From Ruminococcus sp. UBA3280 (GTDB taxonomy: Bacteria; Bacillota; Clostridia; Oscillospirales; Ruminococcaceae), in assembly GCA_002362175.1 (NCBI GenBank), contig DETU01000082.1, positions 19,233-83,232 of the forward strand: a stretch of 64,000 nt of DNA, read 5' to 3'. The notes under the pieces were generated by a model that saw only the letters and a list, made by a program, of their open reading frames with translations, made no database searches and was not told the origin of the DNA. A program made the translations under genes and the position numbers. Shown piece after piece: positions 19,002 to 27,258 of this stretch (position 1 is its first letter; the number at the start of each line of letters is the position of its first letter).

Positions 19002-19645
19002 TTAAAGGTATAATTTTTGACCTTGATGGCACACTTATAGACTCAATGAATATATGGTGTAATATAGACCGTGCTTTTCTGAAAGAAAACGGTGTTGACA
19101 ATCCTCCTGCTGACGTTTCGGACAAGGTCAAAAAACTTACTATTGAAAGTGCGGCGGAATATTTTATAAATAATTTCGGGCTGAAATGTTCAGTGAAATA
19201 TATTGTTGACCGTATAGAAGAACTTGTCCGTATTGAGTATGAGGAAAATATTCCCCTTAAACCTTATGTCAATGAAGTTCTTGATATACTGGACAGAAAA
19301 AATATTCCATACGGTATCGCTACTGCTACTTATAAAAGTCTTGCGGAAGCAGTTCTGAAACGTCTTGGAATATACGGACGTTTTAAGTTTCTGCTTACCG
19401 AGAGTGAATATCCGAGAGGAAAGAATTTTCCTGATATATATATTGGCGGTGCGGAACGTCTTGGTTTTTCCTCGAATGAAATTCTTGTTGTTGAAGATTC
19501 ACTTCACTGTATCGAAACAGCTATGAAAGCAGGTTTTGTTACTGTCGGACTATATGATGAGATTTCGGCTACTGAACGTGATATTATTGAACAGATTGCA
19601 GACTATTATTTTGAATCACTGGATAAAATTGAAAGTATTTTATAG
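18998..19645 (+). CDS. HAD family phosphatase
   Basis: IFDLDGTLIDS, GK..PDIY, VVEDS. Confidence 0.88.
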   Translation: MIKGIIFDLDGTLIDSMNIWCNIDRAFLKENGVDNPPADVSDKVKKLTIESAAEYFINNFGLKCSVKYIVDRIEELVRIEYEENIPLKPYVNEVLDILDRKNIPYGIATATYKSLAEAVLKRLGIYGRFKFLLTESEYPRGKNFPDIYIGGAERLGFSSNEILVVEDSLHCIETAMKAGFVTVGLYDEISATERDIIEQIADYYFESLDKIESIL

Positions 19646-19691
19646 GGCGAACGGTGTTCGCCTGTATTTTTATATAAAGGAATGTTGAATT

Positions 19692-20768
19692 ATGAAGAAA
19701 GTTATGGTAGGAATGAGCGGAGGAGTGGACAGTTCCGTTTCCGCACTGCTTCTCAGGGAACAGGGATACGAGGTAATGGGAGTTACTCTTAAACTTTTTT
19801 CCGATGAAGATATTGTTGAGGCTGAAAAAGAGGGAAAGACCTGCTGTGCATTGTCGGACGTTATGGACGCAAGAAGTGTGGCTCATCGTCTTGGCTTTGA
19901 ACATCTTGTATTTAATTTCAGGGATAATTTCCGTGAGTGTGTAATGAAGAATTTCGCTGAAAGCTATCTCTGCGGACGTACACCTAATCCGTGTATTGAA
20001 TGTAACAGACACGTTAAATTTGACAAGATGCTCCGTCGTGCCATGGAACTGGATTACGATTACATAGCTACGGGACATTATGCCGTCAACGAATACGACG
20101 AAAAAACAGGAAGATATTTACTGAAACGTTCGAAAGACAGAAGCAAAGACCAGACTTACGTCCTGTATTCGCTTACTCAGGAACAGCTTTCACACACCAT
20201 TTTTCCGCTTGGAAATCTTGAAAAGTCGGAAGTCCGTCAGATTGCGGAAAGTGCGGGACTTGTAAATTCCGATAAACCCGATAGTCAGGATATATGTTTT
20301 GTACCTGACGGTGATTATGTAAGTTTTATAAAAAAATTTACGGAGACAGAAGTGCCTGAAGGGAATTTTATAAGTACAGACGGAAAAATTCTCGGAAAGC
20401 ATAGGGGAATTATAAACTATACGGTAGGACAGCGTAAAGGTCTCGGAATTTCTCTCGGCAAACCTGCATATGTCGTGAAGAAAGATATTTTTACGAATAC
20501 GGTCACTCTCGGTGACGAAAAAGACCTTTACACAAAAAGTCTTATTGCTTATGACGTTAATCTTATATCGGTTGCCGAAATTACTGAACCAATGAGAGTT
20601 ACCGCAAAAACACGCTACAGTCAGCATGAACAGCCTGCGGTTGTTTCGTATCTCGGAAACGGTGAATATATGGTTGAGTTTGACGAACCGCAGAGAGCAG
20701 TTACAAGCGGTCAGGCGGTTGTTTTATATGACGGTGATATTGTTGTGGGCGGAGGTACGATAAAGTGA
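19692..20768 (+). CDS. mnmA: tRNA 2-thiouridine(34) synthase
   Basis: MSGGVDSS, TPNPCIECN, ATGHY, KDQTY, DSQDICF, YTVGQRKGLG. Confidence 0.97.
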   Translation: MKKVMVGMSGGVDSSVSALLLREQGYEVMGVTLKLFSDEDIVEAEKEGKTCCALSDVMDARSVAHRLGFEHLVFNFRDNFRECVMKNFAESYLCGRTPNPCIECNRHVKFDKMLRRAMELDYDYIATGHYAVNEYDEKTGRYLLKRSKDRSKDQTYVLYSLTQEQLSHTIFPLGNLEKSEVRQIAESAGLVNSDKPDSQDICFVPDGDYVSFIKKFTETEVPEGNFISTDGKILGKHRGIINYTVGQRKGLGISLGKPAYVVKKDIFTNTVTLGDEKDLYTKSLIAYDVNLISVAEITEPMRVTAKTRYSQHEQPAVVSYLGNGEYMVEFDEPQRAVTSGQAVVLYDGDIVVGGGTIK

Positions 20769-21490
20769 CGGAATATAAATACGAAAAGCTTACCGATAAA
20801 ATATATGTCTGTGCAAGTACTGAATACCGTTTCGGCACCGACGCTTTTCTTCTCGCCGATTTTTCACAATACCGTCGAAAAGACAAAGTATGTGACTTGG
20901 GAACAGGGTGCGGAATAATTCCGCTTATCATGCAGAAGAAAATGCCACCGCAGATTATATATGCGGTTGACATTCAGGAAAATGCAATTGAACAGTTGAA
21001 GCGTGGTATAGAAAAAAGCGGAATTTCGAGAATAGTACCGATTTGTGCGGACCTTAAAGAATTGTGGGAAAACGCTCCCGTCGGACAGCTTGACCTTGTA
21101 ACCTGCAATCCGCCTTATAAGGCAGTAAACGCAGGTTTTGAAAGTGTCATAACTTCTCAGAAAATCGCAAGACACGAAATAATGTGCAATATTGACGACG
21201 TATGCCGTGCATCTTCAAAGCTCCTTAAATTCGGCGGACGGCTTTGTGTCTGCAACCGTCCCGAAAGACTTTCAGACGTTATATGTGCTATGAGAAACAA
21301 TGGAATAGAACCGAAAAGAATACGTTTTGTTTCAAAAAATCCCGAATCTGCACCATGGCTTTTTCTTGTTGAGGGTAAAAAAGGTTCAAAGCCTTTTATG
21401 CAGGTTGAACCGCAGTTATACATAAGAAGTGAAAACGGATTCACGGAAGAACTTGAACGGATTTACGGAACAGGAAAGGAACAGTCATGA
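20765..21490 (+). CDS. tRNA1(Val) A37-N6 methyltransferase (YabB/YfiC family)
   Basis: FGTDAFLL, DLGTGCG, CNPPY, ARHE; sits next to rsmI. Confidence 0.85.
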   Translation: MTEYKYEKLTDKIYVCASTEYRFGTDAFLLADFSQYRRKDKVCDLGTGCGIIPLIMQKKMPPQIIYAVDIQENAIEQLKRGIEKSGISRIVPICADLKELWENAPVGQLDLVTCNPPYKAVNAGFESVITSQKIARHEIMCNIDDVCRASSKLLKFGGRLCVCNRPERLSDVICAMRNNGIEPKRIRFVSKNPESAPWLFLVEGKKGSKPFMQVEPQLYIRSENGFTEELERIYGTGKEQS

Positions 21491-22317
21491 GCGGAATATT
21501 TTATGTTATAGGAACGCCTATCGGCAATCTTGACGATATAACCATACGTCAGCTTGACACACTGAATGAAGTTGATTTTATATGTGCGGAAGATACAAGG
21601 GTTACGCTGAAACTTCTCAACAGATACGAGATAAAGAAGCAGTTGGTGAGTTTTCACGAACACAGTTCAAAATCAGACGCACAGAAAATCATTGACCGTA
21701 TTATGAACGGTGAAAACTGCGGAATTGTTACAGATGCAGGTATGCCGTGTATTTCAGACCCCGGTGAAGTTCTCGTTAAGATGTGTGCGGAAAACGGAAT
21801 TGACGTTAAAGTAGTACCCGGACCAAGTGCGGTGGTGTCGGCGGTTGCTGTTTCGGGACTGAGTTCAAAAAGATTCACATTTGAGGGATTTCTTCCCGTC
21901 AATAAAAAGGAACGTGCCGAACGTCTTGAACTGCTCCGCAACGAGACGGCTTTAATGGTATTTTATGAAGCCCCGCATAAACTTAAAAATACACTTTCCG
22001 TACTTGCGGAATTTTTCGGCACGGAAAGAAAAATTTCACTTTGTCGTGAACTTACAAAAATTCATGAAGAAGTACTGCGTCTTACTTTGGGTGAAGCCGT
22101 TGAATATTACAACAGCAATGAGCCGAGAGGTGAATTTGTACTTGTTTTAGAGGGTAAAACTCAGAATACAGACGATAAAATCACACTGGAGCAGGCTTTG
22201 GAACAGGTAGAAAAACTTGTAGAAATGGGTGAAAAGCCTACAGATGCGTGTAAGGCGGTTGCGAAAGAATCGGGATTCAAAAAGGGAGAATTATACTCGG
22301 CGTTCTGCAATAAATAA
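21487..22317 (+). CDS. rsmI: 16S rRNA C1402 2'-O-methyltransferase
   Basis: GTPIGNLDDIT, AEDTR, DAGMPCISDPG, FYEAPH, RELTKIHEE. Confidence 0.96.
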   Translation: MSGIFYVIGTPIGNLDDITIRQLDTLNEVDFICAEDTRVTLKLLNRYEIKKQLVSFHEHSSKSDAQKIIDRIMNGENCGIVTDAGMPCISDPGEVLVKMCAENGIDVKVVPGPSAVVSAVAVSGLSSKRFTFEGFLPVNKKERAERLELLRNETALMVFYEAPHKLKNTLSVLAEFFGTERKISLCRELTKIHEEVLRLTLGEAVEYYNSNEPRGEFVLVLEGKTQNTDDKITLEQALEQVEKLVEMGEKPTDACKAVAKESGFKKGELYSAFCNK

Positions 22318-22366
22318 TATGTAATGCATATAAAGTGTTGATAAGATGAAAAAGTGCATAAAATAC

Positions 22367-22395
22367 TTGAAATCTGCATAGGAATATGATATAAT
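22367..22395 (+). promoter_or_regulatory. sigma-A promoter
   Basis: TTGAAA-17 bp-TATAAT with extended TG. Confidence 0.65.
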
Positions 22396-22467
22396 GTATA
22401 TAATATTTTGTTTAAAAATAAATGCTTATTTTATATACATTAATCATTTGCGAGAAAGAAGGATTTT

Positions 22468-23304
22468 ATGATTTGCGATTTGCATTGTCACACTAAACTG
22501 TCCGACGGTTCAATGGGGATTGAAGATATTATCGACCAGTCTGCACGTACGGGTATAGAATGGCTGTCAATTACGGACCATGACACAATGGCTTCATTTT
22601 CACGTGCCGGTATTCTCGGAGAACGTGCGGGAGTGAATATTCTTAAAGGTGTCGAGCTTTCGGCATGGGACAAGAAAAGAGGAAGAAAAGTACACATTCT
22701 TTGCTATGCTCCGAAGAAACCCGACAGGCTTGAGGGATTGTGTCTCAAGTCATGCGAGATAAGAAAAGCGTGTTCCAAGGAAATGATTGACAAAGTTATG
22801 TCAAAGTTCCCGATAACTCTTGAAAGCATACTGAAACATACAACTGCGTCAAAGAGTATTTTCAAACAGCATATTATGCGTGCTTTGATTGAATACGGCT
22901 ATGCACTTGAATTTTACGGCGACCTTGACCGTGAGCTTTTCAATTCCGAAACGGGTTCATGCTATGTTGAACGTGAATATCCTGATGTTAATTTTGTTAT
23001 AGATTTAATCCATACGGCAAAAGGTGTAGCTGTAATGGCACACCCTGCCCATTATGACAGTATTGAACTTCTTGAAGAACTTGCTTCAAAGGGAAAAATT
23101 GACGGCGTGGAAGTCGGTCACTGGTCTGCTGACGAAAATTACAGGCGTGAACTTTCTGCAATTGCTTCACGGTATGAGCTTATTGAGACGGGCGGTTCTG
23201 ATTTTCACGGTTTGTATAATAATGTACCTACGCATCTTGGCAGTGAATCAACGACAAAAGAAAATCTTGACAGAATTTTAAAACTTTCATCAAAAATGAA
23301 GTAA
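22468..23304 (+). CDS. PHP domain metallophosphoesterase (TrpH/YciV-like)
   Basis: DLHCHT..SDG, ITDHDT, AHP, GGSDFHG. Confidence 0.9.
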   Translation: MICDLHCHTKLSDGSMGIEDIIDQSARTGIEWLSITDHDTMASFSRAGILGERAGVNILKGVELSAWDKKRGRKVHILCYAPKKPDRLEGLCLKSCEIRKACSKEMIDKVMSKFPITLESILKHTTASKSIFKQHIMRALIEYGYALEFYGDLDRELFNSETGSCYVEREYPDVNFVIDLIHTAKGVAVMAHPAHYDSIELLEELASKGKIDGVEVGHWSADENYRRELSAIASRYELIETGGSDFHGLYNNVPTHLGSESTTKENLDRILKLSSKMK

Positions 23305-23316
23305 GGAAATAATAAA

Positions 23317-24087
23317 GTGAAAAAAATGGAAGTAAAAATCATACCCGCACTTATATCTGCCGTATTGCTTGTTATATTTATATCTCCTGTATTTATGGGG
23401 ATTTTCAACATAGGAAATGCCGTCGGTATAATTGTTTCGGGAAGTCTTACGGGAATTTTTATATTCTGGAAGCCGTTTACGGAATTTGTAAAGCAGTTAT
23501 GGAACAAGCCGACGGGAAAAATATTCCTTTGTATTTTCACGGCGATAGTGAGTATATGTATTGTAATTGCCGTTATTATAAGTATTTTCATGATAAGGGC
23601 GGTTAATGACCCTCCTGAAGATGAAAATACCACTGTTGTCGTGCTGGGTTGCAAGGTCAAAGACGGCAGACCAAGTCTCATGCTTAAACGCCGTCTTGAC
23701 TGTGCGTATAAATATCTTTCCGAACATGAAAGCGTTGATGTTGTTGTTTCGGGCGGACAGGGAAGTGATGAAATTATAAGTGAGGCGTTGTGCATGAAGG
23801 ATTACCTTATTGAAAAGGGAATTTCCCCTGAACGTATTTTTATGGAGGACAAGTCAACAAACACTTCCGAAAATCTTGAATTTTCAAAAGAGATTATCAG
23901 CCGTGAGGGACTTCCTGAAAATATAACTCTTGTCACTGACGGTTTTCATCAGTGCCGTGCGGAAATGCTTGCAAAGAAACTTGATATAAATCCGAATAAT
24001 ATTTCAGGATATACTTCATGGTATATTGTTCCTGTTTACTGGGTAAGAGAATGGTTCGGAATAGCTTATTATTATATTTTCGGATAA
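23317..24087 (+). CDS. YdcF/DUF218 family membrane protein
   Basis: VVLG, SGGQG..E..SEA..M, EDKSTNTSEN, VTDGFHQ.RA, RE. Confidence 0.88.
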   Translation: MKKMEVKIIPALISAVLLVIFISPVFMGIFNIGNAVGIIVSGSLTGIFIFWKPFTEFVKQLWNKPTGKIFLCIFTAIVSICIVIAVIISIFMIRAVNDPPEDENTTVVVLGCKVKDGRPSLMLKRRLDCAYKYLSEHESVDVVVSGGQGSDEIISEALCMKDYLIEKGISPERIFMEDKSTNTSENLEFSKEIISREGLPENITLVTDGFHQCRAEMLAKKLDINPNNISGYTSWYIVPVYWVREWFGIAYYYIFG

Positions 24088-24189
24088 AATCAAAAGATTC
24101 TGATGTCAAAAAAAGGATTTATTCTTTCATGTGTTGCAACGCAGGAAAGTTTGTGGTATAATTATTTTATATAATAATAAAGTAAAGGA

Positions 24190-26727
24190 ATGATGTATTT
24201 GAAAATAAGTTTTTCAACACTTGCCTGCCCTGAGTGGTCATGGTCGGATATTTATTCAATTGCAAAAGATTTTCATTTTAACGGAATCGAACTTCGTGGT
24301 CTCGGTGACGAGATTTCTTCTGTAAAAGCCAAGCCCTTTACAGAAGCCAATTTATCCAATACCATTGAGCAGTTACATTCTCTCGGACTGGAAATATCCT
24401 GTCTTTCTTCGGGTGTATGTCTTAAAGACAAAGACAAGTTTGCTGAAGCTGAATCTGAAATAATTGAATATGCAAGGCTTGCACAGAAACTCAATACTCC
24501 CTATATAAGAGTACTTGCAGATGAAAAATGCAGTCCCTGTGAAGATGTTGATGACGAATGGATTGCAGAAGCACTCACAAATCTTATTCCAATTGCAGAA
24601 GAATATAATGTAACTCTGCTTGTTGAGACAAACGGTGTTTACAGCGATACCGCACGTCTTGTTAAGATTCTTGATAAAGTTAAAAACCGTAAAATTGCTG
24701 CTCTCTGGGATATGCACCACCCTTATCGTTTTGCCGGGGAATCTCCTGAAACTACTGTTGCAAATCTCGGCGAATATATTAAATATGTTCAGGTCAAAGA
24801 CAGTGTAATGAACAGTGACGGACAGATTGAATATCGAATTATAGGCAATGGTGACATTCCTGTAAAGAAAATGATTGAATTGCTTCAGTCGGTAAATTAT
24901 ACAGGTTATGTTTCTCTTGAATGGGTAAAACGCTGGTCAAGCAAACTCTCTGACGCAGGAATAGTTATTCCTCAGTTTGCTGAATATATGAAGCCGTATA
25001 AGACAAAACATAAACATTCACTTCAGGACAATATGAGAAATACGGGAAAATATCCGTGGCCAAAGGAAAAAATTATAAATTATACATTTCCCGATATTCT
25101 TGACCGTATATGCGAGGAATTTCCCAATCAGTACGCTTTCCGCTATACAGAACTTGACTATACAAGAACATATTCTGAATTCAGGGACGATGTTGACACG
25201 TTCGCACGTTCACTTATGGCTATGGGTGTTAAAAAGGGTGACCATGTAGCTATATGGGCTACCAATGTTCCGCAGTGGTATATTACTTTCTGGGCAACAA
25301 CCAAAATAGGTGCTGTTCTTGTTACGATGAACAGTGAGTACAGGATACATGAAGCCGAATATCTTCTTAAACAGTCCGATACAAGTACACTCGTAATGAT
25401 TGATGGTATAAAGGATATAAAATATGTTGATATAATCAGGGAACTCTGTCCCGAACTTGAAAGCTGTGAGGCAGGTAAACTTGATTCGGAAAGACTTCCT
25501 TTCCTTAAAAATGTAATTACAATAGATTCAAAGAATAATGGTTGCTATACATGGGAAGAAGCTGTTGAACTTTCAAAAAATATCCCTTACAGTGAGGTTG
25601 AAAAAGTAAGAAGAACAATCGATATTCATGATGTCTGCAATATGCAGTATACATCAGGAACAACAGGTTTTCCGAAAGGCGTTATGCTTACACACTATAA
25701 TGTTGTAAACAACGGTAAGGCTATCGGTGACTGTATGGACTTGTCAACGGCAGACAGAATGATGATACAAGTACCTATGTTCCACTGTTTCGGAATGGTT
25801 CTTGCTATGACCGCTTCCATGACTCATGGTACTACAATGTCACCTATAACAAGATTCTCTCCACGAAAAGGACTTAATTGTATAAACAAGGAAAAAATAA
25901 CCTGTTTTCATGGCGTTCCGACCATGTTCATTGCAATGCTCGGACACCCCGATTTTGAAAATACTGATTTTTCGTATATGCGAACAGGTATAATGGCAGG
26001 TTCTCCTTGTCCGATAAAGACAATGGAGGAAGTTATCGAAAAGATGAACATGAAAGAAATCTGTATTACATATGGTCAGACAGAAGCTTCTCCTGCTACT
26101 ACAATGAGCAAGACCACTGACAGTATTGAACAGCGTGTTAATACGGTAGGCGGTCCTATTTTCGGCGTTGAGTGCAGAATCGTTGACCCTGAAACGAATG
26201 AAGAACTTCCTGACGATGTTGACGGTGAATTTGTTGCAAGAGGCTATAATATAATGAAAGGCTACTATAAAATGCCTGAAGCTACCTCGGCAGCCATTGA
26301 CTCTCAGGGCTGGTTACATACGGGTGACCTTGCAAGACGTCGTTCTTCTGACGGATATTACAAGATTACAGGACGTATCAAAGATATGATTATCCGTGGC
26401 GGTGAGAATATCTATCCGAAAGAAATTGAAGATTTCCTTTATACAAATCCGAAAGTAAAGGACGTTCAGGTAATAGGTGTTCCCGACGAGGACTACGGTG
26501 AGGAAATTATGGCTTGTATCGTTCTCAAAGAGGGTGAGACTGCAACTCCTGTTGAAATAAAGAAATTCTGCAAACAGCGTATGGCGGGTCATAAATGTCC
26601 GAAATATATTGATTTTGTTGACGGTTTCCCGATGAATGCCGCAGGAAAGATTCTCAAGTACAAGATGAGAGAACAGGCAGTAGAGAAACTTAAACTTGAA
26701 AAAGCTGAAAGTATAGTGACTGCATAA
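24190..26727 (+). CDS. Fusion of a xylose-isomerase-like TIM barrel and an AMP-binding acyl-CoA synthetase
   Basis: First ~270 aa: GIELRG, VET, WDMHH, VKD, SLEW. Remainder: QYTSGTTGFPKG, YGQTE, HTGD, GRIKDMIIRGGENIYP, GKILK. Confidence 0.88.
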   Translation: MMYLKISFSTLACPEWSWSDIYSIAKDFHFNGIELRGLGDEISSVKAKPFTEANLSNTIEQLHSLGLEISCLSSGVCLKDKDKFAEAESEIIEYARLAQKLNTPYIRVLADEKCSPCEDVDDEWIAEALTNLIPIAEEYNVTLLVETNGVYSDTARLVKILDKVKNRKIAALWDMHHPYRFAGESPETTVANLGEYIKYVQVKDSVMNSDGQIEYRIIGNGDIPVKKMIELLQSVNYTGYVSLEWVKRWSSKLSDAGIVIPQFAEYMKPYKTKHKHSLQDNMRNTGKYPWPKEKIINYTFPDILDRICEEFPNQYAFRYTELDYTRTYSEFRDDVDTFARSLMAMGVKKGDHVAIWATNVPQWYITFWATTKIGAVLVTMNSEYRIHEAEYLLKQSDTSTLVMIDGIKDIKYVDIIRELCPELESCEAGKLDSERLPFLKNVITIDSKNNGCYTWEEAVELSKNIPYSEVEKVRRTIDIHDVCNMQYTSGTTGFPKGVMLTHYNVVNNGKAIGDCMDLSTADRMMIQVPMFHCFGMVLAMTASMTHGTTMSPITRFSPRKGLNCINKEKITCFHGVPTMFIAMLGHPDFENTDFSYMRTGIMAGSPCPIKTMEEVIEKMNMKEICITYGQTEASPATTMSKTTDSIEQRVNTVGGPIFGVECRIVDPETNEELPDDVDGEFVARGYNIMKGYYKMPEATSAAIDSQGWLHTGDLARRRSSDGYYKITGRIKDMIIRGGENIYPKEIEDFLYTNPKVKDVQVIGVPDEDYGEEIMACIVLKEGETATPVEIKKFCKQRMAGHKCPKYIDFVDGFPMNAAGKILKYKMREQAVEKLKLEKAESIVTA

Positions 26728-26734
26728 AAATAAG

Positions 26735-26767
26735 ACTGTCCGTATTAAAAAATGCGGACAGTTTTTT
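26735..26767 (+). terminator. Rho-independent terminator
   Basis: actgtccgtatt/aatgcggacagt stem followed by a T-run. Confidence 0.75.
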
Positions 26768-26768
26768 A

Positions 26769-26797
26769 TTTACAAGGATAATAATATGTGTTATAAT
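26769..26797 (+). promoter_or_regulatory. sigma-A promoter
   Basis: TTTACA-17 bp-TATAAT with extended TG. Confidence 0.65.
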
Positions 26798-26824
26798 AAA
26801 GTATATAAATTGGGAGGGATATTA

Positions 26825-27223
26825 ATGACTGAGTGGATAGTACCATGTAACCTGAAATATTATAATGTACATGGTGCTTTTGAGAAGTTTAATAAGATTG
26901 ACTGGAAACAGTCCAATAAGAACATAAAAGTAAATGATATTATTTATATTTATGTTGGTGTACCGATTAAAGCGATTATTTATAAATGTAAGGTTAACAG
27001 GGTCAATCTTCCTTTTAAAGAAATTAATGATTCGGAATTTATCATTGATGGTTTAATTTATGAATTGTGTAAACGGTACATGGAATTGGAACTTATACAA
27101 ATTTATAATGAAAATCTTATTTCGCTTGAAAATATGAAAAAGAACGGTTTAAGCGGAAATATTCAGTGTACTCGTCGGGCAGGAAGTGAAATGTCCGATT
27201 ATTTTGAAACATTTGAAGAATAA
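26825..27223 (+). CDS. Stand-alone EVE/PUA-like domain protein, AT-rich
   Basis: W(I)VPCN..YY...AF....IDWKQS..IKV.DIIYIYVG.P..AI.YKC.V pattern; ATG 26825 behind GGGAGG. Confidence 0.55.
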   Translation: MTEWIVPCNLKYYNVHGAFEKFNKIDWKQSNKNIKVNDIIYIYVGVPIKAIIYKCKVNRVNLPFKEINDSEFIIDGLIYELCKRYMELELIQIYNENLISLENMKKNGLSGNIQCTRRAGSEMSDYFETFEE

Positions 27224-27258
27224 GGAATTAATAATATTTTTAAGAACGGAGATGTTAT

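Noticed and set aside
23205-23795. 196 aa antisense ORF, plus similar ones at 19584-20078, 39186-39713 and 52422-52919
   Set aside because: Each lies opposite a well-supported gene and has no protein-family features.
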